Source: Patescibacteria group bacterium
GTDB lineage: Bacteria > Patescibacteriota > WWE3 > UBA101185 > UBA10185
Assembly: GCA_018825365.1 (NCBI GenBank)
Contig: JAHJEV010000003.1
Span: forward strand, 317,387-381,386
Length of the DNA: 64,000 bases
Direction of reading: 5' to 3'
The position numbers and the translations under genes were made by a program. Each line of letters opens with the position of its first letter. Position 1 is the stretch's first letter. Shown piece by piece: positions 42,357 through 51,009 of this stretch. Below the pieces are notes generated by a model, which saw only the letters and a program-made list of their open reading frames with translations, had not been told where the DNA came from and made no database searches.

Positions 42357-42403
42357 AAAAAAACTCCGTGCTTTGGTATAGAAAACCCAAAAACACGGAG
42401 TTT
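42357..42403 (-). terminator. Hairpin plus T-run downstream of the DGR target gene; either a terminator or a DGR-associated stem-loop
   Basis: Minus strand: stem aaactccgtg / cacggagttt with an inner tttgg/ccaaa pairing, followed by TTTTTTT; about 70 nt 3' of the target stop codon and between the VR and the TR. Confidence 0.4.
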
Positions 42404-42472
42404 GAAAGAGAAAGCTCAAAGTACAAAGACCAAAAGTTCAAGATCCAAGTGACCTAAGTTCAAAGAGCCAAA

Positions 42473-42973
42473 TTACTTGCGACGAACAAAAACGAAGCGG
42501 TAGCTAGCACTCCAGAAGCTGTCGGGCCCACCATCGCAAGCGTAAAGCCAACGATCATCGTCATAGCGCCTGACGCCGAATAGGTACAGATCACCATCGG
42601 AGTCTTTGATAGGCTTCATGGCAAAGATTAGAACCTCTCCCGGTTTCAGATCGTCGCCACGCTGCAGCAGATACTGTGCGGCTGCTTCATCCGGACACAA
42701 ATCCCAATCTTTTTCGCCGCCGGCTCTGTAGATGTCTCTTAACTCCGTACCGCGTGAAAATCCCAGCTCTTCAACAGAGGCATCCACTAAATCCAAGGTT
42801 TGTCTGGATTTGGTTACCTTTATCTTGCTGAGAATGTCTTCCGCCCAACCTGAAATCCATACACCGGATTCCTCCAAAGCCCTTCTCAGGGACTTTGCAT
42901 CCTTGTAAGTGCCAATTTCAACGATCCCAAGGGTATTCATGACTCCATCCTTTCTTTGCCTTAATCTAGGCAT
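42473..42973 (-). CDS. DGR target (variable) protein; small, no signal peptide, C-terminal VR
   Basis: 166 aa; the last ~42 residues (DSDGDLYLFGVRRYDDDRWLYACDGGPDSFWSASYRFVFVRRK) are encoded by the VR; the gene is visibly more G+C-rich than its neighbours. Confidence 0.8.
   Translation of the reverse strand: MPRLRQRKDGVMNTLGIVEIGTYKDAKSLRRALEESGVWISGWAEDILSKIKVTKSRQTLDLVDASVEELGFSRGTELRDIYRAGGEKDWDLCPDEAAAQYLLQRGDDLKPGEVLIFAMKPIKDSDGDLYLFGVRRYDDDRWLYACDGGPDSFWSASYRFVFVRRK
42479..42604 (-). repeat. DGR variable repeat (VR), ending 3 nt before the target stop codon
   Basis: Cognate of the TR 41998..42123. Mismatches (TR>VR, plus strand) at TR 42021 t>a, 42023 t>c, 42029 t>c, 42038 t>c, 42047 t>c, 42048 t>c, 42054 a>c, 42056 t>c, 42084 t>a, 42089 t>c, 42095 t>c, 42105 t>a. 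Confidence 0.85.
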
Positions 42974-43046
42974 AACAGTGGATAAGTGCCGTCATTATAC
43001 TATAGGTGGGTTAATATGGCAATGGGGATTTTTTCCTCTTGGGACT

Positions 43047-43970
43047 TTATTCCTCAAGATACTTTTCCAGTAACTCCCTTTGTTTTTTGTTTAATCTTTC
43101 GGGTATTTTCACCAGTATCTGAACAATAACGTTACCCTGTCCCCTACCGTGAATCTTGGGCATTCCTTTTCCTCTTATTTGAAATCGAGCCCCGTATTGA
43201 GTCCCTCCAGGTATTTTAAGCTTCGCCCTTCCGACACCACTTTCAACCGATGTATCAACAACAGGAACCTCAAGTACAATCCCTAAAGCAGCATCTACCA
43301 TTTTTATTTCTTTTGAAACCAAAACATCATCCCCCATAATTACGAAATCTGGCACATTTCTAAGTCTCAAGGTTAAAAATAAATCACCACTTGGAGCCCC
43401 CTGAGGACCCGGCATTCCTTTTCCGGCAAACTTTATTTCCATCCCATCTCTCATTCCTGCGGGGATTTTCACTTTTACTTTTCCGCTTTCAACATTTATT
43501 TCTTTTTCAACACCAAAAATTGCATCCTTAAAATCTATATGCATTTCGTAATAAAGGTTTTTGCCTTTTCTTGGGCGTCTTGAAGAAAATCCCCTAAACC
43601 CAAAAGCTTCTTCAAAAATGTCAAATGGATTAAAATCAGATCCCATGTCAAATGGGTTTCCGCCTGAGGATGAGTATGTGTATGTAAATGGTCCCCACTG
43701 GCCGCGATTAGCTCCAGAGAATCCTTCCGGACCAAATCCCGGACCAGAAGTGCCAAACTGATCGTACATATTTCTCTTTTGGGGGTCACTTAATACTTGG
43801 TAAGCTTCGTTTATTTCCTTAAATCTTTTCTCTGCGGAGGCTTTGTCACTTTCTTTGACCATATCCGGGTGGTGCTCTCTTGCGAGTCTTCTATATGCCT
43901 TTTTTATGTCCTCTGCTGAGGCATTTTTGGCCACTCCTAATATTTCGTAGTAATTTTTTGCCGTTGTCAT
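43047..43970 (-). CDS. DnaJ-class co-chaperone, type II/CbpA-like (J-domain, G/F region, no zinc finger)
   Basis: 307 aa; J-domain YYEILGVAKNASAEDIKKAYRRLAREHHPD; Gly/Phe-rich linker; C-terminal substrate-binding domains; no CxxCxGxG repeats. Confidence 0.8.
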   Translation of the reverse strand: MTTAKNYYEILGVAKNASAEDIKKAYRRLAREHHPDMVKESDKASAEKRFKEINEAYQVLSDPQKRNMYDQFGTSGPGFGPEGFSGANRGQWGPFTYTYSSSGGNPFDMGSDFNPFDIFEEAFGFRGFSSRRPRKGKNLYYEMHIDFKDAIFGVEKEINVESGKVKVKIPAGMRDGMEIKFAGKGMPGPQGAPSGDLFLTLRLRNVPDFVIMGDDVLVSKEIKMVDAALGIVLEVPVVDTSVESGVGRAKLKIPGGTQYGARFQIRGKGMPKIHGRGQGNVIVQILVKIPERLNKKQRELLEKYLEE

Positions 43971-43989
43971 AGGTGTTATTGTAGCATTT

Positions 43990-44662
43990 TATTAAATACT
44001 CAGGAAATGACGTCCTCCCCGCATTGCACATGAGTACATGTTTATACGGGGTTTCCTTTGCTCTGCAACTCATGATAACAAGGAAGTGGCATCTTCTCCA
44101 AGGTCTTGTTTGCCTTGGTATGCTATGTACTTAAGTATCTTCTCCTCGTTTAAGCCTACGGTTGAAACATAGTACCCTATACCCCATATCCCACTTTTCT
44201 CACCAAAGATTCTGTCGATGAATTTAAAGTGCTTTCTTAAATCCTTGCTTGTCTGTATCTTTATTTTCTGAACAACCTCGGCTACAGAGTATTTGGGTGG
44301 TATCTCAATTAGCATATGTATATGATCAATGTTTGTATTGATCTTATGTATATACCAAGTGGGATATGTTCTTTGAAGTTTATGGATTGATTTTATCAAC
44401 TCAACTAAAACGTAGTTTTTAAGTATCTTTCTTCTATACTTTACTCCCCATACCAAGTGATACTGTATCTCATACACACTATGACTTAACATCCTTGTTC
44501 TCATGTTTACAGCATATCACTTCATGATATGCCCATTCGTCCATGCATTGCGTTCGCAATTCCTATCCCCTCGCTCACTTATGCATGGTTTCCTGTATGG
44601 AAACAACGAAAGATCCCCGTATAAAACGGGGATCTTTGACTGTACAAGTCTTGTACACTTCA
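43990..44662 (-). mobile_element. IS200/IS605-family insertion sequence (tnpA-only) with subterminal hairpins; boundaries approximate
   Basis: Y1 transposase ORF flanked by same-strand imperfect palindromes: gatccccgtataaaacggggatc (44612..44634), tgtacaagtcttgtaca (44641..44657), ggtttcctgtatggaaac on the 5' side, and ccccgcattgcacatgagtacatgtttatacgggg (44017..44051) on the 3' side. It fills the entire dnaJ-like/hup intergenic space. Confidence 0.65.
44070..44504 (-). CDS. tnpA: IS200-like Y1 (HuH) transposase TnpA
   Basis: 144 aa; HuH motif DHIHMLIEIPP and a catalytic-Tyr region KILKYIAYQ; size and sequence typical of IS200/IS605 TnpA. Confidence 0.85.
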   Translation of the reverse strand: MRTRMLSHSVYEIQYHLVWGVKYRRKILKNYVLVELIKSIHKLQRTYPTWYIHKINTNIDHIHMLIEIPPKYSVAEVVQKIKIQTSKDLRKHFKFIDRIFGEKSGIWGIGYYVSTVGLNEEKILKYIAYQGKQDLGEDATSLLS

Positions 44663-44671
44663 AAAAATCTC

Positions 44672-44944
44672 TTATCTTACAGCATCCTTCAAGCTCTTTC
44701 CTGATTTGAATGCAGGAGTCTTGCTGGCTGCGATGTGAAGAGGTGCTCCTGTTTGTGGGTTTCTTCCCATTCTTGCAGCTCTGTTTCTAACCTCGAATGT
44801 ACCAAATCCTGTCCAGGTTACTTTTTCACCTTTTGCAAGTGAAGCCTGAACTGCCCCGACAACTGCGTCGACTGCTTTGTTTGCATCAACCTTGGTCATT
44901 CCGGCCATATCTGCAACTTTTGCAATTAAGTCTGTTTTTGTCAT
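44672..44944 (-). CDS. hup: DNA-binding protein HU
   Basis: 90 aa; [11 protein letters not shown]...[46 protein letters not shown] signature. Confidence 0.9.
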   Translation of the reverse strand: MTKTDLIAKVADMAGMTKVDANKAVDAVVGAVQASLAKGEKVTWTGFGTFEVRNRAARMGRNPQTGAPLHIAASKTPAFKSGKSLKDAVR

Positions 44945-45003
44945 TTTACTTACACCCCCTCTCAGAAAGAAATTGCTACCTGGGTAGGCAACTTATAGAC
45001 ATC

Positions 45004-45783
45004 TTATATTAATTTATCAATCCTAACGATTGATCTCTCGTCTAGATCTAATAATACACTTCGAAAAGCCCTTCTACCAGCACTTTCCCATTCGAAACGT
45101 TGATTCATCGCGGTTAAAAACATTTTTATTGTTATATCAGCTTTTACGCCCAGTGAGGAGTCGATTGCGCCACACATACCTACATCAGTTACATACATGG
45201 TACCTTTGGGTAAAACATAATTATCACACGTTGGAACATGTGTGTGAGTGCCTATTATGGCGTCAACTTTGCCGTCTAAATAAAAGCCTAGAGAATATTT
45301 CTCACTGGTGGCCTCCGCATGGAAATCTATTATCTTTGCAGCAAATTTTTCACTCTTTGTTTTTTCCAAAATCTCATCAGCCTTTGTAAAAGGGTTTTCT
45401 AAAAACGCATTTTTTCCACTAAAAGAAGTTATACCCATAAGATTAATGAGAAGCACTTTGCCATTCTTTCCTCCATCAACTATTGTGTAACCTTCCCCGG
45501 GGGTTCCTTCAGGGTAGTTTGCCGGTCTTAAAACGGGAAGTCTGTCCATGATTTCTTCCGTTCCTTTCTGCCAAAAAACGTGCTCCCCGCTTGTAAAATA
45601 ATCTATTCCCGCAAGTTTAGCCTCATTGATCTTTTCTTCAGTTATCCCCCTTCCGCCCGATAAGTTCTCGCAGTTTGAAAACACAAGATCTACCTTATGT
45701 TCTTTGATAATCTCCGGGAGAAATTTAGCAACAACTTCCCTTCCCGGTTTTGCAACTATTTCACCGACGAATAATATTTTCAT
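45004..45783 (-). CDS. ymdB: YmdB-family metallophosphoesterase (2',3'-cyclic-nucleotide phosphodiesterase-like)
   Basis: 259 aa; MKILFVGEIVAKPGR...VDLVFSNCENLSGGRG...GTHTHVPTCD; downstream of rny as in Firmicutes. Confidence 0.8.
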   Translation of the reverse strand: MKILFVGEIVAKPGREVVAKFLPEIIKEHKVDLVFSNCENLSGGRGITEEKINEAKLAGIDYFTSGEHVFWQKGTEEIMDRLPVLRPANYPEGTPGEGYTIVDGGKNGKVLLINLMGITSFSGKNAFLENPFTKADEILEKTKSEKFAAKIIDFHAEATSEKYSLGFYLDGKVDAIIGTHTHVPTCDNYVLPKGTMYVTDVGMCGAIDSSLGVKADITIKMFLTAMNQRFEWESAGRRAFRSVLLDLDERSIVRIDKLI

Positions 45784-45992
45784 CTAACAACCTTTGTAAC
45801 AACAAACCTGTCTATTTTGTATTTTCCAAGCACAGTCACAGGACTTTTAAGTGATTTGTACATCAGCCATCCAGCGATCAGAACTACTATGACAAAAAGT
45901 GTGGTAATTATGCTTTTAACTACGGCACCCAGTGCCTTCAAAAAAAGTACAAACAAAACAAAGGCTATTATGGCGACAAAAATATAATACAT
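45780..45992 (-). CDS. Small two-TM membrane protein (hypothetical)
   Basis: 70 aa; two hydrophobic helices; its stop overlaps the ymdB start by 4 nt, which suggests coupling. Confidence 0.4.
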   Translation of the reverse strand: MYYIFVAIIAFVLFVLFLKALGAVVKSIITTLFVIVVLIAGWLMYKSLKSPVTVLGKYKIDRFVVTKVVR

Positions 45993-46021
45993 ATTTTACT
46001 TACCTCCTAAATAATATCTTA

Positions 46022-47566
46022 TCACTTAGCCGTTTCTGATACTCTTGTTTCTCTTATCACTATTACTTTTACTACACCCGGGTAGTTTTGTTCAAGTTCT
46101 ATTTTCCTAGCGATCTCTTTTGCCAACAAAGCTGTTGAATAGTCATCCACCTTTTCCGGGGAAACAAACACTCTAACTTCTCTTCCAGCTGCAACCGCGT
46201 AAGCTTTCTCGACCCCATCAAAGGACGTTGCCGCCTCTTCAAGATCTTTTAGTCTTTTAATATAAGACTCGTAATCCTCACCCCTTGAACCAGGTCTTGC
46301 TCCGCTCACATGGTCCGCTAATGCAACAATAGCTGACTCGACAGAGCCTTGTTTGTCATCGTGGTGTTCAGCAATACACTTAATAACATTTTCCGGTATC
46401 TTGAATTTGTTTAAATATTCAACCCCAAGCTCAACGTGCGAGCCGTCCTTGTCAGTCAAAACCTTACCGATGTCGTGAAACACGCAGGCCATCTTAACTG
46501 TATCAACATTCGCCCCAATCTCCTTTGCAATAAACATACCGATTCTTGCAGTCTCCATTGTATGTTCAAGCATATTTTGGCCATAGGAAAATCTGTATCT
46601 GAACCTTCCAAGTGTTTGAATAAGTTCTTTGGAAATATTGTACAAACCAATTTTATGGCACAAAGTATCTCCGGCTTTATACATCAGATTGTCTATTTCT
46701 TTTTTGGTTTGATCCACAATTTCTTCTATTCTTGCCGGCTGTATTCTTCCATCGGCGATCAGTCTTTCCAAAGCCGTTGTTGCAACTGCCCTCCTTACAG
46801 AATCAAAGCAAGAAACAATGATGTCTCCTGGGGATGAGTCCATATCCAAATCAACCCCAGTCAGCTCTTCAAAGGTTCTAATATTTCTTCCTTCTTTCCC
46901 AATTATTCTTCCCTTTAACTCCTCGTCAGGAAGTTTAACCTTGGAAGTTGAGTGTTCTATCACAATATCCGTGGATCCAAATTCTAAGGCATCCATAAGA
47001 ATCTGTTTTGACTTTTCCTGAGCATCGATTTTAATTTCTTCTTCATTTTGCATTATTCTTTTGCTTTTTTCTTCGGTAAGACTTCTATCAAGATTTTTAA
47101 GCAAAAGCTCTCTTCCTTCCTCTCTGGACATGGAAGATATTCTTTCAAGCGTTTCTATTTGTTTTTTGTGGGCGGATTCTATATCTTCCTGTTTCTTTTC
47201 AAGTTTTTCCTTCACTGCCTCGATGTTTTTTCTTTCGCTTTCAAATTCCTTTTCCTTGGCGTCCACTTGAGCTTTCATAACGGAGATTTTTCTCTCTGAT
47301 TCCATTGCCTCTTCTCTTATTTGTCTTGCCTGTTCCTGAGCTTTGGTTTGAATTTGAAGAGCGGCTGTTTTAGCCTCAACAATTACATCCTTTGCTCTTG
47401 CTTTTGCTTCGAGAACTAAAGGATCATTCTCAACTACAGTATTTGAAATTATTACCTCTGGGGAAACTTTTTCTTCTAGTTGCGATTTCTGTTTGGGTGC
47501 AAACTTAACAACCGCAACACCCGCAATTATAATGGCCAATGCCAATAATACGTATGTTATTACCAT
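46022..47566 (-). CDS. rny: Ribonuclease Y
   Basis: 514 aa; N-terminal TM, coiled-coil, KH domain (GKEGRNIRTFEELTGVD), HD domain (HHDDKQG... HDIGK). Confidence 0.85.
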   Translation of the reverse strand: MVITYVLLALAIIIAGVAVVKFAPKQKSQLEEKVSPEVIISNTVVENDPLVLEAKARAKDVIVEAKTAALQIQTKAQEQARQIREEAMESERKISVMKAQVDAKEKEFESERKNIEAVKEKLEKKQEDIESAHKKQIETLERISSMSREEGRELLLKNLDRSLTEEKSKRIMQNEEEIKIDAQEKSKQILMDALEFGSTDIVIEHSTSKVKLPDEELKGRIIGKEGRNIRTFEELTGVDLDMDSSPGDIIVSCFDSVRRAVATTALERLIADGRIQPARIEEIVDQTKKEIDNLMYKAGDTLCHKIGLYNISKELIQTLGRFRYRFSYGQNMLEHTMETARIGMFIAKEIGANVDTVKMACVFHDIGKVLTDKDGSHVELGVEYLNKFKIPENVIKCIAEHHDDKQGSVESAIVALADHVSGARPGSRGEDYESYIKRLKDLEEAATSFDGVEKAYAVAAGREVRVFVSPEKVDDYSTALLAKEIARKIELEQNYPGVVKVIVIRETRVSETAK

Positions 47567-47752
47567 ATGTTGTAACCTCCATTTTAAACATAACTAAAAA
47601 CCTCAATATGAAGTTAATAAATACTTTGGGAAATTGCTATAAAAACGAATGTCACACCAGTGTTTTATTGGAATAAAACTCGAAATGTTCCATTTTTGGA
47701 TTAGTGAAAAATCTTTTTCTCATAGCAAATTCCTGAGTTGATTCTATTGTAA

Positions 47753-48253
47753 CTACAGCAAAGTGTCAACCACAGAAGATATTGTTCCCGAGTCGTAGCC
47801 CTTTCTGAAAAGATAATCGTAAAGCTTTCTTTTTTTGGAGAACTCATCAATGTTTCCCAGAAGCCTCAGCTTTTTTTCTGCATCTTTTACAGCATTGTTA
47901 AGGGAAAAATCAGCAGGGAGGGAGTCTAAAGCATCGGACAGCATATCCCTAGAAATACCTTTTTTCATCAGAAAATGGGTTATTTTTCTTTTACTGACAG
48001 GTTTTTTCGAATCAGAGACACTTTTAATGTACGTAAACGCAAAGTTCAAGTCGTTTAAGTAGCCGCCCTCCTCAAGTTTGGAGGTTAATTTAGCAGATAA
48101 ATTATTCTTTTCGGAAGAACTAATACGATATTTGGATAAATACTTTGTGAGTCTGTCTGCTACTTCCTTTTCGCTTCTTAGGTTATAGGAAATAAAATTT
48201 AATATCTTGAAATATACTTTTTCGAATATTTCTTCGAGCTTTGAATCCTGCAT
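47753..48253 (-). CDS. recX: RecA regulator RecX
   Basis: 166 aa; repeated three-helix RecX-like units (HFLMKKGISRDMLSDAL; DYLFRKGYDSGTISSVV); immediately downstream of recA. Confidence 0.7.
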   Translation of the reverse strand: MQDSKLEEIFEKVYFKILNFISYNLRSEKEVADRLTKYLSKYRISSSEKNNLSAKLTSKLEEGGYLNDLNFAFTYIKSVSDSKKPVSKRKITHFLMKKGISRDMLSDALDSLPADFSLNNAVKDAEKKLRLLGNIDEFSKKRKLYDYLFRKGYDSGTISSVVDTLL

Positions 48254-48279
48254 CTATTTTCTAGCTTACATTATTTTGT

Positions 48280-49377
48280 CTATTCTTCAACCGGACTTTT
48301 CTTTTCTTCGGCACCTATGTTTAATGGAATGTCACTCTTTTGTTTTACCGCAGTTCTTATATTTTTCTCGATCTCTGCAAATACTTTAGGATTCTCTTTC
48401 AAATATTGTCTTGCCGCTTCTTTCCCCTGTCCTATCTTTTCTCCGTTGAATTCAATCCAAGCTCCGCTTTTTTTCAGAACCCCAAGGTCAACACCGACAT
48501 CTATAGTATTTGATTCTTTGCTTATACCTTCGTTAAATAAAATATCAAACTCCGCCGATCTAAAGGGAGGTGCCACTTTATTTTTAACGACCTTGGCTCT
48601 AACTCTAATTCCATAAAACTCATCGCCCTTTTTTAGAGACTCAATTTTTCTAATATCTATTCTTACGGAGGCGTAATATTTTAAGGCTTTTCCTCCGGCA
48701 GTAGTTTCCGGGTTTCCGAACATTACCCCAATCATCATACGAAGTTGATTTGTGAAAATGACTGTACACTTAGACCTGCTTATTGCTCCGGAAAGTCTCC
48801 TTAAGGCCTGGCTCATAAGTCTTGCCTGCATTGCAATATGGCTGTCTCCAATATCTCCCTCAATTTCTGCTCGGGGAACTAACGCTGCAACCGAATCAAT
48901 TGCAACCAAATCAACTGCGTTTGATCTTATAAGAGTCTCTGCAATTTCAAGGCCTTGCTCTCCTGTATCCGGCTGAGAAATAAGCAGCTCCTCAACATTA
49001 ACACCGGTTTTTTCAGCGTAGGTTGGATCAAAAGCGTTTTCTGCGTCGATTAAAGCGGCAATGCCGCCAAGTTTTTGGGTCTCTGCAATTATGTGTTGAA
49101 CTAACGTCGTTTTTCCTGAAGATTCCGGACCAAATATTTCAACGATTCTGCCTCTTGGAACTCCTCCAACCCCCAACGCTAAATCTAAAGCGATAGATCC
49201 TGTTGGAATAACTGGAATGGATCTTTCCCCAACACTCGCGCCAAGTCTCATAATGGAACCCTTTCCGAAACTTTTTTCTATTTGGTCTATCGCGGTTCTA
49301 AGAGCTAAATCTTTTCCTGACTGAATAGTTTTTTTAACACTTTCTCTAGTATCCTTAGTTGAAATTTTTACCGCCAT
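48280..49377 (-). CDS. recA: Recombinase RecA
   Basis: 365 aa; Walker [11 protein letters not shown] and the highly conserved RecA core. Confidence 0.95.
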   Translation of the reverse strand: MAVKISTKDTRESVKKTIQSGKDLALRTAIDQIEKSFGKGSIMRLGASVGERSIPVIPTGSIALDLALGVGGVPRGRIVEIFGPESSGKTTLVQHIIAETQKLGGIAALIDAENAFDPTYAEKTGVNVEELLISQPDTGEQGLEIAETLIRSNAVDLVAIDSVAALVPRAEIEGDIGDSHIAMQARLMSQALRRLSGAISRSKCTVIFTNQLRMMIGVMFGNPETTAGGKALKYYASVRIDIRKIESLKKGDEFYGIRVRAKVVKNKVAPPFRSAEFDILFNEGISKESNTIDVGVDLGVLKKSGAWIEFNGEKIGQGKEAARQYLKENPKVFAEIEKNIRTAVKQKSDIPLNIGAEEKKSPVEE

Positions 49378-49470
49378 AGTATGCCTCCTGATAATTTACT
49401 GCCTGTGTTTATTCTAGCAATAAGTTGGTTTTTATCAATGGGATTTATCTATTTAGAGTAGATATTAAAG

Positions 49471-50928
49471 TTACAAAACTGACTTTAATCTCTCGATGGT
49501 CTCTTTCTTTCCTATTAGATTAAAGACATCAAATAAAGGAGGTGTAAATTCTGTTCCACAAACTGCGTATCTCAGCGTCATAAAAGCCTCCTTAGGTTTG
49601 TAGCCCCACTCCAAAAGTTTCTCATGAGAAATCTTGTCTAAATCATCTTTTTTCCAAGCATCTTCGGAAATATGCTCATAAACACCAAGATATTTTTCAA
49701 TAATCTCCTTCGATTTTCTTAAATCGCCAGAAAAACTTGCAAGTTTTTCGGAATTCACAATCGGGCGATTATAAAAATATGAAGTAAGGTCGTTAAACTC
49801 AGACAATGTTTTCATTCTCTCTTGCACTAAAGACAAAACTTTCAGATCAAAATCTTTCCCGAACTTTCCACATTCCATCTTCACACCAAACTCCTTGTGC
49901 CAACTTTCTATTTTTTCAAATAGTCTTCCCAAAGGAGTGTTTCTAATATATAAACCGTTAAACCATGAAAGTTTCTGTCTATCAAAAGCAGACATCTCAG
50001 ATTTTTGAATTTTTTCTATAGAAAAATCTTTCACAAATTCGTCAATCGTATAAACTTCTTTCTCGGTTCCGGGGTTCCAACCAAGAAACATAATAAAGTT
50101 GTCTAAAGCCTCCGGAAGATACCCGGCTTTAAGAAAGTCAGAAGCTGCAACATCACCTAACCTTTTTGACATTTTCTTCGTACTATCAACTTCTCTCAAT
50201 ACCGGCAAATGAGCAAATACCGGCTCTTTCCATCCAAACGCCCTGTAAAGCAAAACGTGCTTTGGGGTTGATGCCAACCACTCTCTACCTCTTAAAATGT
50301 GGGTGATTTCCATCAAGTGATCATCAACCACAACACCGAGGTGATATGTCGGAAAGCCATCTGACTTAAGAAGAATTTGATCATCAAGGTCGTTTGACGG
50401 GAAGGACATCTTTCCAAGAATCAAATCAGCAACTTCAACAATCTCATCATCGGGGATTTTCATTCTAATAACGTAAGGTTTTTCCCCTTTAAGGTTTCCT
50501 TCTATTCCCTCCTTACTTAAATCTAAACAATGTCTGTCGTATTTAGTAACGGGTTTTTTCTCTTTCCTTTGCTGCTCCCTTAATTTCTCAAGTCTTTCTT
50601 CGGCACAAAAGCAGAAGTATGCTTTGCCCTTCTCTACCAGCTCCAGTGCATACTTTTTGTAAATATCAAGTCTTTCGGATTGAACATAAGGCCCATATTT
50701 ACCTCCAACTTGTGGCCCTTCATCCCAATCAAACCCATATTTCTTAATTACCAAAAGCATTCTTTCAACCGCACCTTCAACGTATCTTTCCTTGTCAGTA
50801 TCCTCAATTCTTAGGATGAACTGTCCCCCAAGTTTTCTTGCCAACGCCCAGTTATACATCAAGGTTCTCATACTTCCAATGTGAAACTCCCCTGTCGGAC
50901 TTGGAGCCATTCTTGTACGAATAGTCAT
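49471..50928 (-). CDS. gltX: Glutamyl-tRNA synthetase
   Basis: 485 aa; class I HIGH-type motif (PSPTGEFHIGSMRT) and KMSKR motif. Confidence 0.9.
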   Translation of the reverse strand: MTIRTRMAPSPTGEFHIGSMRTLMYNWALARKLGGQFILRIEDTDKERYVEGAVERMLLVIKKYGFDWDEGPQVGGKYGPYVQSERLDIYKKYALELVEKGKAYFCFCAEERLEKLREQQRKEKKPVTKYDRHCLDLSKEGIEGNLKGEKPYVIRMKIPDDEIVEVADLILGKMSFPSNDLDDQILLKSDGFPTYHLGVVVDDHLMEITHILRGREWLASTPKHVLLYRAFGWKEPVFAHLPVLREVDSTKKMSKRLGDVAASDFLKAGYLPEALDNFIMFLGWNPGTEKEVYTIDEFVKDFSIEKIQKSEMSAFDRQKLSWFNGLYIRNTPLGRLFEKIESWHKEFGVKMECGKFGKDFDLKVLSLVQERMKTLSEFNDLTSYFYNRPIVNSEKLASFSGDLRKSKEIIEKYLGVYEHISEDAWKKDDLDKISHEKLLEWGYKPKEAFMTLRYAVCGTEFTPPLFDVFNLIGKKETIERLKSVL

Positions 50929-51009
50929 ATACTCTGGATTTTAGCACGAAAAATATTGCTGGAATACGTGTTCACAGACAACTTGGCTTTTTCTGCTAGA
51001 ATTATATCG

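Noticed and set aside
43891-44073. 60-aa ORF overlapping the tnpA stop and the IS 3' hairpin region
   Set aside because: It lies within the IS subterminal palindromes, is Cys/Lys-rich with no family resemblance, and overlaps the dnaJ-like start region on the same strand; most likely a spurious ORF created by the palindromic sequence.
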